Shown here piece by piece: positions 36,161-45,717 of a DNA stretch of 64,000 nt (its first letter is position 1; every line of letters begins with the position of its first letter). A program made the translations under genes and the position numbers. The stretch is taken from positions 230,488-294,487 of the forward strand of contig JBFWNU010000009.1 of NCBI GenBank assembly GCA_050250895.1, written 5' to 3'. The DNA comes from Vulcanimicrobiota bacterium. GTDB lineage: Bacteria > Vulcanimicrobiota > Xenobia > Xenobiales > JADMJV01. The notes below the pieces were generated by a model. The model was not told the DNA's origin, did not search any database, and was given only the letters and a program-made list of their open reading frames with translations.

Positions 36161-38544
36161 TATTCGAGGAGTGTCTTCTGCTTTAGCTCGTTGAGTTTCG
36201 CCTTCCAGGCAGCATTCTTGGGATTCTTCTGGAGAGCCTCTTCATAATAGCCAGTAGCTATTTCGTCGTGCCCGCTACGGGCGAACAACTCGCCCAGTCT
36301 AGCGTGCAAGGTCCCGTCTGGGTCGGTGGTGAGTCCCTCGCGAAGGACGGTTCTGGCGGCCGAAATGTCGTCGATGCTCTGGTAGGTTTCGCAGATGGTC
36401 AGGCGCAACGAGACATCAGACGGCCGGTCTCGCAATTCTAACTCGAGTCGCTCCAGCACCTTCTTGGAGTCGACCCGCTGAAGCCTTGCTTCTCGAGCCC
36501 AGGCCAGGACAGCCCGGTTGCGACACTCCTGATTCTTATCGTCTTCGGCAATCTGGTCGATGATGCCAGACAGCTCAGCCAGGCGTTCGGGAGCAGAAAG
36601 TTCGTTCTGAGAGCTCGCCCAACGAAGACGGGCGCAAAGATCCTCTGGGAAATGCTGTAGATAGACCGTGAAGAAAATGTTCACGACGGTCGGTTCTCGG
36701 GTTGTCTCGGCGGTGGCGATGGCGCCCTGACAAACAGTCTCGAGCGCCTCCGCCGGAAAGACGTTCTCTTCGAAAAGTTCGTTGAGTTGGCGCGCTCCCT
36801 CCCCGGGCTTTTGAGTCTCGAGAACAGCTAGCAAGCCTCCGTACACGCGCGCAAAGCGAGGAGTCTTCAGCTTCTTCAGCTCGGCCAGACCCTCCTCGAT
36901 GCGCCGCTGAAGCAAGAGATTGCGAACCAGAGACTGTCTCATTACCCAGCTATAGGGCGCCAGCCGAACCGCCTCGCGCCACAGTTGTTCAGCCGCCTCG
37001 AGATGATTAGACCGCTCTTCCATCAAGGCGACCTTACCGATCACATCGATGTCATAGGGACTCAACTCCCTGGCGCGGGTCAGGTTAGCTCGTTCCTCGG
37101 CAAGCCATTTCTCGTCTTGCTGCAGGGCTGCCAGACGACGAGCCAGCGAGGCTCTGTCCTCGTGAAGCTGAGAACTCAGTGGCTGATAACCCAGGGCCCT
37201 GGTCAGGGCCGCGTAAGCGTCTTCCCAACGCAGTTCGGCTCGAAGTCGCTCCGCCTGTGCCATCGATCTTTCGGCCTGCAGCAAGCGATAGCCGGTCACG
37301 CCGAGAAACAAGCCACACAGAAGCAGGGTTGCCGGAACGACGGGGCGGGGTAGACGTTCGCCCGAACCTGAGTATTTGCTACTATAGACAAAGCCAGCCA
37401 GCATAAAGACCCAGACCACATCCGAGGCCACGGGCAGAGCAAAGTTGAAGCACGCATAGACCAGCACCGCCAGCCAACCGGCCGCGCTAGCGGCGGCTCG
37501 GCCTGACCCTCCACGTGAGTTCTTGGTGCCCAGGCCGAGCAGCCCCAAACAGAAGACGGCGAAGAGCAAGAAGGCCGGAAGGCCGCAGTCGACCAGAACC
37601 TGCACGAAGTCATTGTGAGCCACATTCATGAAGTCTTCATACTGCTGTAACTCAGGTCGATGGCTCTGATAAATCAGGTGGAACGTACCCGGACCCGAGC
37701 CGAGTAGCGGGTGGTCGAGTGCGGTCGCCGGAGCGCCGAGCAAGACATCCAGGCGGGCCTGAAACGAGCCCGGATCACCCTCGCTGAGGAGCTGACCGAG
37801 TCGGCTAAAAGCCCGACCAAAACGCTCGACGGCCAGCAGGAGAAAAAGACCGGCCCCCGGCACCCCCCAGCCCAGGAGCACGATGCGCCGGCCATGCTTT
37901 TTGGAAGAGGCGGTAAAGGTCAGATAGAGTAACCCCATCGCCATGCCCACCAGAGCCGCGCGACACCCGGTCAAGAATACACCGACACACATCACGGTCG
38001 AGCCCAGAACCGAGCCGACCAACGCTTGAACCGATTCGGTACTGAACAGGGACAGAGCTAGAAAGAACCCCACCAGCGGAAGAACGGAAAAACAGTCCGG
38101 ATTGGTGAAATTGGCCTTCAGAAACCTGTCTTGACCTAAAAGGGAAAACCCCCAGAAGCAACCACAGGCGAGGACGCCCAGGGCCACGCCTGCAAAGTAA
38201 GACCACCACTTCGATGACCGGACGCCCGCCACCGAAAAGAAGGCCACCACTCCCACCAAGCAGTTGGCCAGTGCGTGGACGCTTAAATAGGTGTCTATCG
38301 AGGTGGCGACGGAAACCGCAGTCAACCCGGCATAGCCTAGCAAACACAATAGAATCGGTTCGCGGGAGTAGCGGTCATTGTGCCAGGACAAACCCGCCAG
38401 AGCCAAGCCTACCAGACCCGCCAGCACAAAGAGCCCGCCCGGAGGCTGGGCTGTCACACCGGCCTCCCATAGAAAAGAGCCCGCGCATAGCAGGCCCAGC
38501 ATCACCGCCCTGACGACGGCACCAAAACGACTGGAACTCTCCAT
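36160..38544 (-). CDS. O-antigen ligase (Wzy_C) family protein with TPR repeats
   Basis: Many TM helices; NFTNPD, TGCRAA, PLLGSGPGTF, AHNDFVQ; TPR-like C-terminus (YYEEALQKNPKN). Confidence 0.88.
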   Translation of the reverse strand: MESSSRFGAVVRAVMLGLLCAGSFLWEAGVTAQPPGGLFVLAGLVGLALAGLSWHNDRYSREPILLCLLGYAGLTAVSVATSIDTYLSVHALANCLVGVVAFFSVAGVRSSKWWSYFAGVALGVLACGCFWGFSLLGQDRFLKANFTNPDCFSVLPLVGFFLALSLFSTESVQALVGSVLGSTVMCVGVFLTGCRAALVGMAMGLLYLTFTASSKKHGRRIVLLGWGVPGAGLFLLLAVERFGRAFSRLGQLLSEGDPGSFQARLDVLLGAPATALDHPLLGSGPGTFHLIYQSHRPELQQYEDFMNVAHNDFVQVLVDCGLPAFLLFAVFCLGLLGLGTKNSRGGSGRAAASAAGWLAVLVYACFNFALPVASDVVWVFMLAGFVYSSKYSGSGERLPRPVVPATLLLCGLFLGVTGYRLLQAERSMAQAERLRAELRWEDAYAALTRALGYQPLSSQLHEDRASLARRLAALQQDEKWLAEERANLTRARELSPYDIDVIGKVALMEERSNHLEAAEQLWREAVRLAPYSWVMRQSLVRNLLLQRRIEEGLAELKKLKTPRFARVYGGLLAVLETQKPGEGARQLNELFEENVFPAEALETVCQGAIATAETTREPTVVNIFFTVYLQHFPEDLCARLRWASSQNELSAPERLAELSGIIDQIAEDDKNQECRNRAVLAWAREARLQRVDSKKVLERLELELRDRPSDVSLRLTICETYQSIDDISAARTVLREGLTTDPDGTLHARLGELFARSGHDEIATGYYEEALQKNPKNAAWKAKLNELKQKTLLE

Positions 38545-38568
38545 TGTCAAACTGGTCCCTGGGGATAC

Positions 38569-39723
38569 TTATACGATACCCATTTTTTGATAGAGTCCCA
38601 CCGTGCTGTCGACAACTTTCTCCACCGAGAATTCTTCGACGATCTTCTTGCGAGCGTTCTTACCGAAGTCGGCCGCCTGAAGAGGGTGGTCAAGCAGATA
38701 CTCGATTGCGGCAGCCAGGGCGACCCCATCGCGGACGGGAACCAGCAAGCCCGTCAGATCGTGGACCACGACCTCGCGGCAACCAGGCACGTCGGTAGCA
38801 ACCATGGCTTTTCCCATGGCCGCAGCCTCGAGAAGAATGCGAGGAGTGCCCTCGCGATATGAGGGCAAGACAACGATATCCGAAGCCTGAATTAGCTCCG
38901 CGACGGTATCGACATGCCCGAGCAAGTCGACCGCGCCCTCTCTACGCCACTCTTCGAGGGTCTCGACCGGGACGGCGGTGGGGTTGCCTGGATCAGGATC
39001 CCCAGCAATCTTGAAGCACACACTCCGCCTATTCTTTACAATGCGGGCGGCTTCGACCAGATCATAGACACCTTTCTCTTTGAGCAGCCGAGACGCGAAT
39101 AAAATCACCGGCGCCCGCGCATCGGGCAGTTCAGGATCGCTGCCCGGACGCGGACAGAACTTCTTGGTGCAGACCCCTGAACTTCTGATCAACACTGTCT
39201 TCTCAGGGAGAACGAGGTCGGCGTCGACAAATGTCTCGAGGTCATCAGGGTTTTGAAAAACCACATGGACCCGTCGAGCTTTGAGAATCTTGCCATAAAA
39301 CCATCGAATGATGGGTCGCAAGAAACTCATCGGCCAACTATTACCAAGGAAAATATGTCCGAGCCCGGTCACCGCGTTGACCACCGAGCGAATCCCGCAC
39401 AACTTGGCCGCAATCGTCCCATACAGCACACACTTGACGGTGAAATGGTGAAGAGCTTGCGGCTTCTCTTGCTGGTATATCCTCAACAGCTCGAAAAATG
39501 CAAAAAGCTCTCTTAAGGGATTCACGCTGCGTCGGTTGAGCTGGTGAAGTCCCACCCAGCGAAAGCCCTCGCTGGTCAAGTGCTCGACGTAGCGGTCAGG
39601 AGGCGACACGAACACGACTTCAAGACCCTCTTGACGCAATCTCCGCGCCAAAGGCAGCCTAAAGTTGTAGAGATACCACGAGGTGTTAGCCACCAATAGG
39701 ACTTTTCTCTTCGGATTGTTCAT
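38569..39723 (-). CDS. Glycosyltransferase family 4 (CapM/Cap1E-like)
   Basis: ANTSWYLYNFRL, VTGLG, SRLLKEKG, PSYREGTPRILLEAAA, TDVPGCRE. Confidence 0.92.
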   Translation of the reverse strand: MNNPKRKVLLVANTSWYLYNFRLPLARRLRQEGLEVVFVSPPDRYVEHLTSEGFRWVGLHQLNRRSVNPLRELFAFFELLRIYQQEKPQALHHFTVKCVLYGTIAAKLCGIRSVVNAVTGLGHIFLGNSWPMSFLRPIIRWFYGKILKARRVHVVFQNPDDLETFVDADLVLPEKTVLIRSSGVCTKKFCPRPGSDPELPDARAPVILFASRLLKEKGVYDLVEAARIVKNRRSVCFKIAGDPDPGNPTAVPVETLEEWRREGAVDLLGHVDTVAELIQASDIVVLPSYREGTPRILLEAAAMGKAMVATDVPGCREVVVHDLTGLLVPVRDGVALAAAIEYLLDHPLQAADFGKNARKKIVEEFSVEKVVDSTVGLYQKMGIV

Positions 39724-39804
39724 AAAGACACCGCCTAAGAGCAGCACCTCTTCGGCTCTAGAAATTGATATCCTTCCGGTGCTTGGCACGCAATGTTGGT
39801 GACC

Positions 39805-40941
39805 TCACGTCGTTTTCTGCAAAGGCGTCCAGCCCTCTCGCGTAGGAAGGTGAAGTCGCAAAAGTTCACCGTCTCCCCCAAAGCAGAGAAGGTGCTCTCC
39901 CCAGAGGACCGGTGGCAACGGAGTCCCTCCCGGGCTAAGGAAGAGAGGTTGATATTCCTCTACATGACAAGTGTGCTCGGTGAGACCCAGGCGATAGAGC
40001 GACCCCTCGTCGCTGACCAGATACGCCTTGGTATCGTCAAAGGCAGGTCCAACACCACACCCTTGGGGCAGGCGTAGCATCTGGGTCGATTGCTTCTCAA
40101 GCTGGATTGCCCTGGTCCAACTGCCGTGACAAAGAATGGCCCACTCGTCTCCAAGCCCCAGGCCTTGAAGTGGAACGTCGAAAGCCGGAGCCAGATAGCG
40201 CTGCAACCGACCGTCTCGAAGGAGATAGAGTTCTCCCCGAGAGCCAGTGGCGATGACCCCCCGACGGTGAGCCCGCAGGGCGTCAAAAGAAAGGACGACT
40301 CCGAGACGATGTCTTTCAACCGCATCGCCCTGCACCACCCACAGGCCGTCGCCGAAGGCCTCCCCAACATAGACAGTGTCCTGATGACCGACCACCCCAG
40401 CAAACGCTGCAGGCTCGCCGAGGTCTACAAAAACGGCTCCCTCACGACGAAAAACGCTGGCGTCGGGCCGGAACCTGTGAAGGTTGGCGCTGCCGCCCGA
40501 GCCAGTCAGAATATAAACACCGTCGCCGAGTTCGCACAGTTCTGCCACCACCACCTCTCCTAAGCTGCAAGTCGTTGACCGATCCACCTCGCTGGCCAGA
40601 TATCGGTGCCAGAGATCCGCCACGCCTATACCCCCCTCCCACGCCGCCAACAATAGACCTCGAACAATGAGCGGCCTTTCACCCACGAGCGGATGTGGGC
40701 ATAGCTGAAACTGATCGAAATGGCTCCACTCCCCGAGCGAGACGACCTCGACCGTGCCCGTCTCGAACAGGCAGAAAAGCAGCCCGCCCACCGGCACGAC
40801 AGCGACGGGTGGACCGCTCAAGCGCAAAAAACGCGTCTCGGCCAGTCCGGCACCCAGTCGCGCACCGCATCCCCCACAGAAGGCGAATAGCAGAGGATTC
40901 TTGCGAGCGCAGACACGGCAAGACCAGGATGCTTCTCGCAT
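39805..40941 (-). CDS. Zinc-ribbon plus PQQ/BamB-like beta-propeller protein
   Basis: CRVC...FCGGCG at the N-terminus, then repeated beta-blade-like segments (YLVSDEGSLYRL, LLCFGGDGELL). Confidence 0.6.
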   Translation of the reverse strand: MREASWSCRVCARKNPLLFAFCGGCGARLGAGLAETRFLRLSGPPVAVVPVGGLLFCLFETGTVEVVSLGEWSHFDQFQLCPHPLVGERPLIVRGLLLAAWEGGIGVADLWHRYLASEVDRSTTCSLGEVVVAELCELGDGVYILTGSGGSANLHRFRPDASVFRREGAVFVDLGEPAAFAGVVGHQDTVYVGEAFGDGLWVVQGDAVERHRLGVVLSFDALRAHRRGVIATGSRGELYLLRDGRLQRYLAPAFDVPLQGLGLGDEWAILCHGSWTRAIQLEKQSTQMLRLPQGCGVGPAFDDTKAYLVSDEGSLYRLGLTEHTCHVEEYQPLFLSPGGTPLPPVLWGEHLLCFGGDGELLRLHLPTREGWTPLQKTT

Positions 40942-41067
40942 CTCCGGTCTTTCATTGCCCTGGTCAACCCTCCTGCGCAGCCGGACCCGGCCGCGTTCGT
41001 AGACCTATCCACAAAAAGTTCACCAGGGCAGAGGTGCTGGGTGCCCTGGTTCGAAGAGCCCCACGAA

Positions 41068-42981
41068 ATGTGCGGGATTTGTGGCTTCCTTGATAGCGGC
41101 TCGTCGCGAGACGAGAGCGAGCTTCGTTCGAGCCTGCGAGCAATGACCGACAGCCTGAACCATCGGGGCCCAGACTCCGACGGAGCCTATCTCGCAGTCG
41201 CCGACGGAGTCGGACTCGGCCACCGCAGACTAGCCATTCTGGACCTTTCGCCGGAAGGTCATCAGCCGATGTTCTCCTCGAGCGGTCGCTACGTCATCGC
41301 TTACAATGGCGAAATCTACAACTTCGAGAGCCTGAAACCCGAACTGGAGGCAGGCGGCGCCAAGTTTCGAGGCGGTTCCGACACTGAGGTTCTACTGGCG
41401 TCGATCGAGAAATGGGGGGTCGTCGAGGCCATCCAACGTTGTGTCGGGATGTTTGTCTTCGCGCTTTGGGACCAACAAGAGAAGGCGCTATGGTTGGGAC
41501 GCGATCGTTTGGGACAGAAGCCGCTCTATTATGGCTGGGACAAAGGGGTGCTCCTCTTCGCTTCTGAGCTGAAAGCCCTGCGGCAATGGCCTAAATTCCG
41601 GCCGCGACTCGACCAGCGGGCTCTGGAGGAGTATCTCCGTTATCGCTATATTCCCACCCCCAGATCTATCTACGAGGGCATCTCGAAACTTGCGCCCGGG
41701 ACGCTAGTCGAAATGCGGCGTTCGGCCGAGGCCCGGCTCCACACCTATTGGAACCCATTGGATTGCGCCTACCAGGCCCGAAGGCAACCTTTTGAAGGAA
41801 CGTTCGATGAAGCGGTGGACTGCCTCGACCAGACCCTGACCGAGGCGGTTGGAATCAGAATGCGTTCAGACGTTCCGCTGGGCGCCTTTCTCTCGGGCGG
41901 GATAGACTCATCGCTGGTGGTCGCATTGATGCAGCGCCAAAGTCACCGTCCGGTGCGCACCTTCACGGTGGGCAGTTACGACAAGGATTTTGACGAGTCG
42001 AACGAAGCCCGAGTGGTAGCTCACCACCTCCAGACCGAGCATCTGGAATTGATGGTTTCAGAGTCCGAATTGCTGGCTTCGGTGCCCAAAATGGCTACTA
42101 TCTATGATGAGCCGTTCGCCGATTCGTCCCAGTTGCCAACCTACCTGGTCTCTAAACTCTGTCGAGAGCACGTGACCGTAAGCCTTTCGGGCGATGGCGG
42201 GGACGAACTCTTCGGAGGCTATAATCGCTATCTGTGGGGTCCGGGGCTCTGGAGCCGTCTGTCCAAGCTGCCGCGCAACTTCAGGATCCTGATGGCAGAT
42301 GCCCTGAGCCTTCCCTCCGACGGGTTTGCCGGCGCCGTGGTCAATACCCTCAACCAGGCCACGCCCGAATCGAGGCGAGTTCGCATTCCCGCCGACAAAC
42401 TCAAGCGGCTCGCGCGAGTTCTTCCGGCTAGAGATGCCAACGACTTCTATTGGCGGTTGGTCACCGATGACTGGAAGACCCCGACCGTCTCACCGCGACT
42501 TGCCAACGGTGGCTGGAACTATCGCGAACAAATGATGTTGGCCGACACGGTGGGATATCTCCCCGACGATATCCTGACCAAAGTCGATCGTGCGAGTATG
42601 GCGGTGAGCCTGGAACTACGTTCACCCTTTATGGATCACCGCGTCTACCAACTTGCCTGGAGATTTCCGACCGAATGGAAGGTGGGCACCGGCCAGGGCA
42701 AGCTTTTGTTAAGGAACTTGCTGGCACGTCACGTTCCAGACGACCTTTTCGACCGACCCAAGACAGGTTTCAGCGTACCAATCGGCTCCTGGCTGCGTGG
42801 CCCGCTTCGGACCTGGGCGCAAGAGCTACTGTCTCCGAGCCGACTTGCCGAATCCGGGAACCTGGACCAGGTCCGTATCCAAAGGCTATGGGTCGAGCAC
42901 CAAAACGGTCGACGAGATCATACACACCGCCTCTGGACCGTGCTCATGCTGCAAGCCTGGCTGACCGAGAACTCGCTCTAA
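41068..42981 (+). CDS. asnB: Asparagine synthase (glutamine-hydrolysing), polysaccharide amidotransferase type
   Basis: MCGICG, HRGPD, RLAILDLS, RDRLGQKPLYY, LSGGIDSS, SGDGGDE, KVDRASM. Confidence 0.93.
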   Translation: MCGICGFLDSGSSRDESELRSSLRAMTDSLNHRGPDSDGAYLAVADGVGLGHRRLAILDLSPEGHQPMFSSSGRYVIAYNGEIYNFESLKPELEAGGAKFRGGSDTEVLLASIEKWGVVEAIQRCVGMFVFALWDQQEKALWLGRDRLGQKPLYYGWDKGVLLFASELKALRQWPKFRPRLDQRALEEYLRYRYIPTPRSIYEGISKLAPGTLVEMRRSAEARLHTYWNPLDCAYQARRQPFEGTFDEAVDCLDQTLTEAVGIRMRSDVPLGAFLSGGIDSSLVVALMQRQSHRPVRTFTVGSYDKDFDESNEARVVAHHLQTEHLELMVSESELLASVPKMATIYDEPFADSSQLPTYLVSKLCREHVTVSLSGDGGDELFGGYNRYLWGPGLWSRLSKLPRNFRILMADALSLPSDGFAGAVVNTLNQATPESRRVRIPADKLKRLARVLPARDANDFYWRLVTDDWKTPTVSPRLANGGWNYREQMMLADTVGYLPDDILTKVDRASMAVSLELRSPFMDHRVYQLAWRFPTEWKVGTGQGKLLLRNLLARHVPDDLFDRPKTGFSVPIGSWLRGPLRTWAQELLSPSRLAESGNLDQVRIQRLWVEHQNGRRDHTHRLWTVLMLQAWLTENSL

Positions 42982-42989
42982 AGGCGCCC

Positions 42990-43682
42990 TTAGACGGTCC
43001 ACCAACCGCGGCTCAGCAACTGCTTGATGCGAGGACGAGTGCGATTCAAGATAGCGCCATAGATATGGATGCCTTCGTCTCGAAGGTCTTCGGAGTAAAG
43101 CCCCTCTGGGACGCCCTGAAAAGTACGGTCGGAGGTCACAAAGTAGACACCACCGGTGTGCCTACCCAGATGAATAGCATCTGCACACAATGAAAGCGGC
43201 GGGGCATCCACCACTAGAATGTCGGCTCGTTCGCGAGCGTGCGTAAAGAAGGCCTGCAGACGAGTGCCTTCAAGTTGCCCGTGGTCGAAAACGCTGCCGG
43301 CAGGAACAAGGGAGACGCCCTCAACCTCAGTGGCGTGAAGCACATCCTCGAATCGCATCTCGTGATTCAAAAAATTACTCAAGCCCGGGGCTCCGTGAAG
43401 CCCGAAGACCTGACTCACCGTTGGACGACGCAGGTCGCCGTCAATCAGAATAACCCGCTTGCCGATGCTTCCGATGGCCGCAGCAAGGTTAGCGGCCACG
43501 AAAGACTTTCCTTCACCTGGCCAAGCACTGGCTACCAGCACCGACCCGGCAGGGCCGACGTGTCTGTGCAGAACACAATGCCTCAAATACTCGAAACGTT
43601 CAGCCCACTCCGAGCCAGGCTGGTGAAGAACGACTAGCAATTCCTTGAGAGACTGGACCTCTAGTCTCGACCCTTGAGCCAC
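42990..43682 (-). CDS. CpsD/CapB-family BY-kinase-like ATPase lacking a Tyr cluster
   Basis: SAWPGEGKS, IDGDLRRP, VVDAPP; the C-terminus has no Tyr cluster. Confidence 0.85.
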   Translation of the reverse strand: MAQGSRLEVQSLKELLVVLHQPGSEWAERFEYLRHCVLHRHVGPAGSVLVASAWPGEGKSFVAANLAAAIGSIGKRVILIDGDLRRPTVSQVFGLHGAPGLSNFLNHEMRFEDVLHATEVEGVSLVPAGSVFDHGQLEGTRLQAFFTHARERADILVVDAPPLSLCADAIHLGRHTGGVYFVTSDRTFQGVPEGLYSEDLRDEGIHIYGAILNRTRPRIKQLLSRGWWTV

Positions 43683-44437
43683 CCGAGCAGCCCCTTACGC
43701 TTCTTCACTGGCTTCTTATCCTCATCGCCGTACCCGTAGGCCGCGCCAGAACCGTAACCATAGCCGTATCCGTATCCGTAGCCATAGCCATAGCCATAGC
43801 CGTGACCGGACGAATCTGCGCCGTTGAGCACGAACCCCAGGACTTCGATGCCGTGCTCGAGGAGCTGATCCTTCAGGCGCGGCTCCACGTCACCATCCCA
43901 CGACTTAGGGTTGACCACCATCAGAGCGGAGTCGACCTTGCCTCCTAGCAACAAAGCGTCGCTACAGGCAGCCAGGGGGGATGTGTCGATGACCACGCAT
44001 CCGAAGGCGTGACCAAGTTGGGCAAACACATCGTTGGCGTTATCGCCTCCAAGCAAATTCGCAGGGTTCTGATCCGAAGTACCTTTAGGCATCGTGAACA
44101 AGTTGTCGATAGCCGTCGGATAATAACATTGTTCCAGGGCCGCGTTACCTTCGAGCAGATTGGACAGGCCCATCGCCTCGGTGTTTCCGAACACGCGGCT
44201 CAAAGTGGGCCGACGAAGATCGCCGTCGACCAGCAGTACTTTTACTTGTAACTGCGAGACCGCCACGGCCAGATTGGTGCACACCATCGACTTTCCGTCG
44301 CCAGCCCAGGAACTGACGACCATGAACACGCGCTTTCCTGAGGCCAGAGGCCTGGAGAGTTTGGCGCGGAGACTACGATAGGCCTCGGCTACGGCCGAAT
44401 TGGGCTCTCGCAGAAGCATGATGCGGTCTTCAACCAT
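43661..44437 (-). CDS. CpsD/CapB-family tyrosine kinase with (GY)n tail
   Basis: AEAYRSLR, SSWAGDGKS, VDGDLRRP, VIDTSP; tail has (GY)8 plus YGY. Confidence 0.92.
   Translation of the reverse strand: MVEDRIMLLREPNSAVAEAYRSLRAKLSRPLASGKRVFMVVSSWAGDGKSMVCTNLAVAVSQLQVKVLLVDGDLRRPTLSRVFGNTEAMGLSNLLEGNAALEQCYYPTAIDNLFTMPKGTSDQNPANLLGGDNANDVFAQLGHAFGCVVIDTSPLAACSDALLLGGKVDSALMVVNPKSWDGDVEPRLKDQLLEHGIEVLGFVLNGADSSGHGYGYGYGYGYGYGYGYGSGAAYGYGDEDKKPVKKRKGLLGWLKGRD
43751..43802 (-). repeat. Coding hexamer repeat (GGNTAY)8 encoding a Gly-Tyr cluster
   Basis: Reverse strand reads ggc tat ggc tat ggc tat ggc tac gga tac gga tac ggc tat ggt tac. Confidence 0.9.
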
Positions 44438-44462
44438 AGCCGCCACTTCTGGTCCAGCGAAA

Positions 44463-45698
44463 CTATTCCTGCTGCACGGTCGGCTTGGCGCGGTTCGCGC
44501 GACGGCGCGATAAGATATCTCGCCTTTTTCGCGCGACGTGGTAGTCAAGCAAGCCACCACCACCGGCCAGCAAAAAAACTCCCCCAGCCACTACATGATG
44601 CCGAAGGCCCTGCCCCCAATTGAAGGTGCCGATGCCCCACATCGCCTCGAGCGCCAGCCCCGACAGAAAAACAAACGCCCACTCCGGCAGCCGTTCTCCT
44701 CGCTTGTAGTAAACGTAGGCACCGAAAAATAGCGCCCCTCGCAGCCAACCTTCTAACATGGCGTAAACATCCAACGGCGAACTCACCTGCCATGGCATCG
44801 GCAGGAAGAAATAGGCAAAAAGCACCGCTGGCACGGTACTAGCCGCCAGTAGGGGATTGGAAAGATTCAGCGAGATGTTGTAGCCTGTGCGCCCCTCCTC
44901 GCCCAATTCTCGATAGTTGGCGATATACTCAAGCCCGCCTCCCTCCACTACCCTCTCGACTTGAACCGATTGTTCAGAAATCTTCGCGATGACTTTTGGG
45001 AGGAGGAGCGGAGCCGTGGCCAACAAGGCCACTCCGAACAGAATGCCCACCTCGCGACGCGCGCCCAAAGCCCAGAGGAAACCCGCCACACCAAAGAGCG
45101 GGGCAAACACGGCCAAGCCATTATGGAGCGTGGAAAAGGCCACGACAGCAAGGAGTGCTGACACGAAGGTCGCCACCGAGTTTTCACCCTGACGAATACG
45201 GACGAAGAGATAGATACAGAGCAAGAAAAACAGGACCTGGAATGGCTCTCTCAACATGAGGGAAGTGTGAATCAGGGGACCCGGCAGCAGTCCAAACGCC
45301 AGGACCAGATAAAACACGTGACGCTCCTGTCCGAGCGTGTAGATGAGTTCGACAAAGACGATGAGAGAAAGGGCAAAGGCCATGATCGAGAACTGATGGC
45401 CGAGAAAGACGGACTCGCCGAAGACCTCGTAAAGGGCGCCAAGCGCCCTGGTATAGGTATAGCCGTGGAGCGAGTGGGCAACCTCCCAGTGGGCAGCTGC
45501 GTAGTGAAATCTTCTCGTATCGGGGCCGGCACCGGGTACGCGGAACATGTATGAGTTTGCCAGGGCGATGACGTGGTGAGCCCCCAGCCCAGCCCAACAG
45601 GCAATGAGTGTTTTGTGGTGCCCACGGGTGCGCTTCGAGAGCAAGGTGACAGGAAAACTCAACAGCATGAGAAGCCACCCGAAGAAATCACCGCCCAC
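44463..45698 (-). CDS. Polytopic membrane protein, putative polysaccharide polymerase / GT-C (paralog A)
   Basis: About 10 TM helices; DTRRFH, MLREPFQ, FNWGQGLRHH; located in a polysaccharide operon. Confidence 0.6.
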   Translation of the reverse strand: MGGDFFGWLLMLLSFPVTLLSKRTRGHHKTLIACWAGLGAHHVIALANSYMFRVPGAGPDTRRFHYAAAHWEVAHSLHGYTYTRALGALYEVFGESVFLGHQFSIMAFALSLIVFVELIYTLGQERHVFYLVLAFGLLPGPLIHTSLMLREPFQVLFFLLCIYLFVRIRQGENSVATFVSALLAVVAFSTLHNGLAVFAPLFGVAGFLWALGARREVGILFGVALLATAPLLLPKVIAKISEQSVQVERVVEGGGLEYIANYRELGEEGRTGYNISLNLSNPLLAASTVPAVLFAYFFLPMPWQVSSPLDVYAMLEGWLRGALFFGAYVYYKRGERLPEWAFVFLSGLALEAMWGIGTFNWGQGLRHHVVAGGVFLLAGGGGLLDYHVARKRRDILSRRRANRAKPTVQQE

Positions 45699-45717
45699 CG
45701 AAACGCCTCCCGGGAGT

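Noticed and set aside
41068-42981. asnB as a second lasso cyclase
   Set aside because: It has the N-terminal Cys glutaminase domain (MCGICG), sits among glycan genes and has no B protein or precursor nearby, so it is best read as a sugar amidotransferase.
43751-43802. Tandem repeat as a phase-variation tract or CRISPR
   Set aside because: An in-frame hexamer with synonymous variation that encodes the BY-kinase Tyr cluster; there are no spacers.
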